Shown in pieces: positions 28,307-32,363 of a stretch of DNA of 32,363 nucleotides. Under the pieces are notes generated by a model that saw only the letters and a list, made by a program, of their open reading frames with translations, searched no databases and had not been told where the DNA came from. Origin of the DNA: Novosphingobium sp. (GTDB lineage Bacteria; Pseudomonadota; Alphaproteobacteria; Sphingomonadales; Sphingomonadaceae); NCBI GenBank assembly GCA_031360905.1, contig JANMCD010000086.1:1-32363 (forward strand), written 5' to 3'. Both the position numbers and the translations under genes were made by a program. Each line of letters begins with the position of its first letter. Positions within the stretch are counted from its first letter, which is position 1.

Positions 28307-29533
28307 ATGACACTACGCCGCGCCGCCATAGTTGCCCCCATCCGTACTGCCGTTGGCAAGTTCGGCGGGGCGCTGTCCTCCATCCCGGCAGGCGAGCTTG
28401 GCGCGGTGATCATCAAGGCGTTGATGGAACGCACTGCGATCGATCCGTCGCGCGTTGACGATGTCGTCTTCGCGCAGGGTTACGGCAATGGCGAGGCTCC
28501 GGCGATCGGGCGTTGGTCCTGGCTGGCCGCAGGACTGCCGATCGAAGTGCCCGGCTACCAGCTAGACCGGCGCTGCGGCTCCGGCCTGCAGGCGGTGATC
28601 GATGCAGCGATGATGGTTCAAACCGGCGCTTCGGACGTGGTTGTCGCCGGCGGTGTCGAGAGCATGTCGAATGTCGAGCATTATTCCACCGACATCCGCC
28701 TCGGCAAGAAATCCGGCAGCGTCACGCTGCACGACCGGCTGACACGCGGCCGCCTCATGTCGCAGCCGATCGAACGATTCGGCGTGATCAGCGGCATGAT
28801 CGAGACGGCGGAAAACTGCGGCAGGGATTACGGGATAAGCCGCGAGGCATGCGATGCCTATGCCGTGCGCTCGCACCAGCGGGCTGCCTTGGCCTGGCAG
28901 AAGGAACTCTTCGCCGACGAGCTAGTCCCCGTGGCGGTTCCGCAAAGGAAGGGCGACCCGGTGATCTTCGATCATGACGAAGGCTACCGCGCCGATGTCA
29001 CCATAGAATCGCTGGCCAAGCTGCGACCGATAGAGTCCAAAATTCCCGGCGCCATGGTGACGGCAGGCAACGCCAGCCAACAAAACGATGCCGCGGCGGC
29101 TTGCCTTGTCGTCGCCGAGGACAAGCTTGAGGAGTTGGGGCTTGAACCCATCGCTTGGTTCCACAGCTGGGCTGCGGCAGGCTGCGATCCCAGCCGCATG
29201 GGCATCGGCCCGGTTCCGGCAGTCGAACGCCTGTTCCGCCGGAGCGGCCTTGGTTGGCCCGACATCGATCTGGTCGAACTCAACGAAGCCTTCGCGCCGC
29301 AGGTTCTCGCCGTGCTCAAGGGCTGGGGCTGGAGCGAGAACGATGCGCGCCACGACATCCTCAATGTCAACGGCTCGGGGATTTCGCTCGGCCATCCGAT
29401 CGGCGCAACGGGCGGGCGCATCCTCGCCAACCTGACGCGCGAACTGCAGCGGCGCGGCGGGCGCTACGGGCTGGAGACGATGTGCATCGGCGGCGGCCAG
29501 GGTATCGCCGCAATCTTCGAGCGGGCCGCCTGA
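28307..29533 (+). CDS. Acetyl-CoA C-acyltransferase (thiolase)
   Basis: RTAVGKFGG, catalytic DRRCGSGLQA, GGVESMS, NEAFA, GHPIGATG and CIGGGQG motifs. Confidence 0.95.
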   Translation: MTLRRAAIVAPIRTAVGKFGGALSSIPAGELGAVIIKALMERTAIDPSRVDDVVFAQGYGNGEAPAIGRWSWLAAGLPIEVPGYQLDRRCGSGLQAVIDAAMMVQTGASDVVVAGGVESMSNVEHYSTDIRLGKKSGSVTLHDRLTRGRLMSQPIERFGVISGMIETAENCGRDYGISREACDAYAVRSHQRAALAWQKELFADELVPVAVPQRKGDPVIFDHDEGYRADVTIESLAKLRPIESKIPGAMVTAGNASQQNDAAAACLVVAEDKLEELGLEPIAWFHSWAAAGCDPSRMGIGPVPAVERLFRRSGLGWPDIDLVELNEAFAPQVLAVLKGWGWSENDARHDILNVNGSGISLGHPIGATGGRILANLTRELQRRGGRYGLETMCIGGGQGIAAIFERAA

Positions 29534-29542
29534 CCCAGGCTT

Positions 29543-29572
29543 AGCGCCCCTGCCAGACCGGCGGGCGCTTTT
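29543..29572 (+). terminator. Probable intrinsic terminator after the thiolase gene
   Basis: AGCGCCC...GGGCGCT stem followed by a short T run, between convergent genes. Confidence 0.55.
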
Positions 29573-29611
29573 CGAGCAAGGCACCGACAATGCAGGCGGT
29601 CATATTGTTTC

Positions 29612-31075
29612 TTATGCATCCGCCATGTGAATGGGCAGGCCAAGCTGCGCGCGGCGGCGCAGCCACAGGCTCGGGCGGTAGCGGTCGGAACCGCTAATGG
29701 CCTGCAACTGGCACATGATCGTATAGGTCGTGCCCACTCCAAGCTTCTCTGCCCATTCGAGCGGGCCGAGCGGGTAATTCTGCGCCAGCTTCATCGCAGT
29801 ATCGATATCGGCGGGCGCTCCAACGCCGATCTGCGCCAGTTCGCAGCCGAGATTGGCAATCATGGCGAGGATGCGCTGGAGGACGAATCCGGGGGAATCG
29901 GCAATTACTTCGACAGTAAAGTCGCAGCCGCGCAGCCAGTCAGCCACCTGTTCCGCTTTGGTCCGGCCGCCGACCGCAGCCATGACCGTGAGGTGACGGC
30001 GATCCGCGCCGGTGAAATCGATCGCTACGGTCGTTTTCGAATTGAGGCCGAGGCGCACGCAAGCCGTGGCGCAATCCTCGCCGATCGGCGCGACCAGCGT
30101 GACGTCTTCACCCGCCTCGATGTCACCCAGCTTGGCCCAATGGGGCGAGGCTTCGGCGAAGTGGGGGCGCAGGACACGCCCGCTCGGCGCGGGCGCTACA
30201 TGGGGCGGCGCGGCGCCTTCGCCATAATCATGAAAACCCTGCCCGGTCTTGCGCCCGAAGCGCCCGGCATCAGCCATCAACCGGTGCAGCGGCGTCGTCT
30301 TCAGCCTGGGATCATATTGGTAGCCTTCGTGGATGAAACCGGTGACCGGATAGTTCACATCGATGCCGGTGAGATCCATCAGTTCAAACGGACCCATGCG
30401 GAAGCTCGCACCCTCGCGCATGATCCGGTCCACTTGCGCGGGATCGCCGACGCCTTCCTGCACCACGGCCAGCCCCTCGGTAACATAGGCCCGGCCTTGC
30501 AGATTGACGAGGAACCCGGGCCCGTCTTTCACCGTCACCGGTACCTTGGCGATCGCCTTGGCGAAGGCGATTGCCCGTTCGGTAACATCGGCGCTGGTCG
30601 ATGGGCCAACGACCACTTCCACCAGCTTCATCAATGGCACCGGGTTGAAGAAATGCAGCCCGCAGACCCGGCTCTTGTCGGTACAGTGCGAAGCAATAGC
30701 GGCTATCGACAGCGATGAGGTGTTGGAGGCGAGGATGGCATCCGCAGCGATAATTCCCTCAAGTTCCGCAAAGAGCTTCTGCTTTGGCTCCAGCCGCTCG
30801 ACAATTGCCTCGATCACCAGATCGGCAGTGGCGAACGCGGCAAGCTCCCGAGCCAGCTCCAGCCGCGATTCGGCATCGGCAACCGCGCCTTCGGGCAGCT
30901 GCCCCTTTTCCGCCAAGCGGGCGATGCGCGCCATGACTTCGTGACGCGCCTTGTCCAATGCCTCCGCGCTCAGATCGAACAGAATAACCTGGAGACCCGC
31001 CGTCAGTCCGATCTGCGCGATCCCCGCACCCATCGGACCTGCGCCGACGACACCAAGCACCTTGACGTCACTCAT
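29612..31075 (-). CDS. 3-hydroxyacyl-CoA dehydrogenase (PaaH-like, long form)
   Basis: GAGPMGAG Rossmann motif, EAIVE, SNTSS, HFFNP, PGFLVN, MGPFELMDLTG and a second C-terminal domain (PGFVLQR...NYPLGP). Confidence 0.93.
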   Translation of the reverse strand: MSDVKVLGVVGAGPMGAGIAQIGLTAGLQVILFDLSAEALDKARHEVMARIARLAEKGQLPEGAVADAESRLELARELAAFATADLVIEAIVERLEPKQKLFAELEGIIAADAILASNTSSLSIAAIASHCTDKSRVCGLHFFNPVPLMKLVEVVVGPSTSADVTERAIAFAKAIAKVPVTVKDGPGFLVNLQGRAYVTEGLAVVQEGVGDPAQVDRIMREGASFRMGPFELMDLTGIDVNYPVTGFIHEGYQYDPRLKTTPLHRLMADAGRFGRKTGQGFHDYGEGAAPPHVAPAPSGRVLRPHFAEASPHWAKLGDIEAGEDVTLVAPIGEDCATACVRLGLNSKTTVAIDFTGADRRHLTVMAAVGGRTKAEQVADWLRGCDFTVEVIADSPGFVLQRILAMIANLGCELAQIGVGAPADIDTAMKLAQNYPLGPLEWAEKLGVGTTYTIMCQLQAISGSDRYRPSLWLRRRAQLGLPIHMADA

Positions 31076-31119
31076 ATGTCACTTCGCTTACCCCTTCGCC
31101 CATTGGATCGGCGGTCTGG

Positions 31120-32073
31120 TCAAATGTCCAGGTCGGTGAACGGATTCGGCACCTGGAATCGATCGACGAGCGATCCCGTGATCGTCGGCGCGAATTCGTC
31201 GAGTGCGTCAAGCGTCCAGTCCCCATCGCGAAAAAGGCTCGCGGTGAAAATCGGCGGTGTCAGTATAGCCACCTCATCACCTCCAACAAAGAAATCCTGG
31301 CCATTGATGTTGGACGCGGCTGGCGTGCACAGCCACGTTACCAATGCAGCCACCGTCGCGGGGGTGGCCGCCTTGTCCCACCGCGCCTTGCCACGTTCTC
31401 CAATCCAGTATTGCCCGAGCAGATCTAGCAGCGGTTTCCAGGTTCCGGCGAGGTTCTTCTGAAACCAGTCGCCGCCGCCTACGCCGCCTGCTGTCGCGCG
31501 CGGCCGGATCATATTGCATCTGATATTGAACCGACCCTGTTCGCGCGCGATGCTGCGCGTCAAACCCGCTATGCCCTCCTTCGCCGCCGCGTAAGCACAA
31601 TTGAAGACCATACCCAGGCCGGCCTCGGACCCGGTGTTAACGATCGACCCGCCGCCGCGATGGCGAAGATGTGGCACCGCATATTTGATGGTCAAAAAAG
31701 TAGCCTTCAGGTGAGTACCGACAACAAGGTCCCATTGCTCGTCCGTCAGCCTGTCGACCGGGTTGCCGCCACGCATGCCTGCATTATTAACGAGAATATC
31801 GAGGCCGCCAAATGCGTCGATGGCCGCTTCGATCGTTTTCCTCGCGCCTTCGGAACAGCTGAGGTCTTCCGTGACGGCAATGGCGCTGCCATCTCCGGCG
31901 ATGATTTCCGCCGTGACCAGATCCGCGAGCTTGACGCCTTCCGGATTGGACCCGAAATCGGCGACTACGACGACCGCGCCCTGTTCGGCGAGAGACATTG
32001 CCTCGCAGCGGCCAATACCGTGGCCCGCCCCCGTGACGATTGCCACTTTTCCTTCCAGACGGCCTTGGGCCAT
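31120..32073 (-). CDS. Short-chain dehydrogenase/reductase
   Basis: TGAGHGIG, NNAG and catalytic YAAAK; GGAG SD upstream. Confidence 0.93.
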   Translation of the reverse strand: MAQGRLEGKVAIVTGAGHGIGRCEAMSLAEQGAVVVVADFGSNPEGVKLADLVTAEIIAGDGSAIAVTEDLSCSEGARKTIEAAIDAFGGLDILVNNAGMRGGNPVDRLTDEQWDLVVGTHLKATFLTIKYAVPHLRHRGGGSIVNTGSEAGLGMVFNCAYAAAKEGIAGLTRSIAREQGRFNIRCNMIRPRATAGGVGGGDWFQKNLAGTWKPLLDLLGQYWIGERGKARWDKAATPATVAALVTWLCTPAASNINGQDFFVGGDEVAILTPPIFTASLFRDGDWTLDALDEFAPTITGSLVDRFQVPNPFTDLDI

Positions 32074-32319
32074 AAAATCTGCTCCTTTGGCGGGCTTCGT
32101 ACCAGTCAGACGACCGTTGGTCTCCCATCTGCATTTTCAACTTGTTTGTGACGTCAATCTGAACAAGAGAGGAATCAATGTCAACGGCGATGTTGAGTAA
32201 TACGCACACTTGGTCACTTGTCGATTTCGGTTTCACATGCAGTGCTTGGCTACAATTCGACCAACTGAACGTTTACATTGCGGGTCCAGTGACGAGCCCG
32301 CCACAACGAAAGGCTAAAT

Positions 32320-32363
32320 ATGGGCAAGGTTTCCATAAGAGCGGCAAAGCGCTTGGAAATCAT
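32320..32363 (+). CDS. Start of a divergent gene cut by the window edge (MGKVSIRAAKRLEI..., possibly a TetR-family regulator)
   Basis: ATG at 32320 preceded by GAAAGG; only 14 codons are visible. Confidence 0.35.
   Translation, partial: MGKVSIRAAKRLEI

Noticed and set aside
1-32363. CRISPR arrays, tRNA/rRNA genes, IS elements, prophage genes
   Set aside because: No spaced repeats, cloverleaf-like sequences, transposase or integrase motifs seen by eye; nearly all of the window is explained by protein-coding genes.

Overview
GC-rich alphaproteobacterial chromosome segment whose gene content and order point to Sphingomonadales (Novosphingobium/Erythrobacter-like; inference). It is mostly housekeeping: a minus-strand dusB-ntrB-ntrC-ntrY-ntrX-hfq-hflX run (hflX truncated by the window edge), ispDF-hypothetical-cinA, lipA-ratA, gyrA, trmFO, ftsB-pdhA-pdhB, and a beta-oxidation-type group (thiolase, 3-hydroxyacyl-CoA dehydrogenase, SDR) at the right end. 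Accessory or unusual elements: (1) a tightly coupled sbtA-sbtB-beta-carbonic anhydrase operon, i.e. a bicarbonate uptake module best known from cyanobacteria, in an apparently heterotrophic context and divergent from lipA (best candidate for an under-described system); (2) an Hfq with two diverged Sm domains in one chain; (3) a probable CTG start for hflX; (4) GyrA with Phe at the quinolone-resistance position equivalent to E. coli Asp87; (5) an AbrB-Doc toxin-antitoxin pair overlapping the gyrA stop; (6) an orphan tadG-tadE-tadE minor pilin cassette with a Thr/Ser-rich insert; (7) a marked codon-usage shift in the 5' third of a secreted TPR-like gene. No rRNA, tRNA, CRISPR array, transposase or integrase was seen. 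All calls are from motif recognition by eye; no database searches were run.
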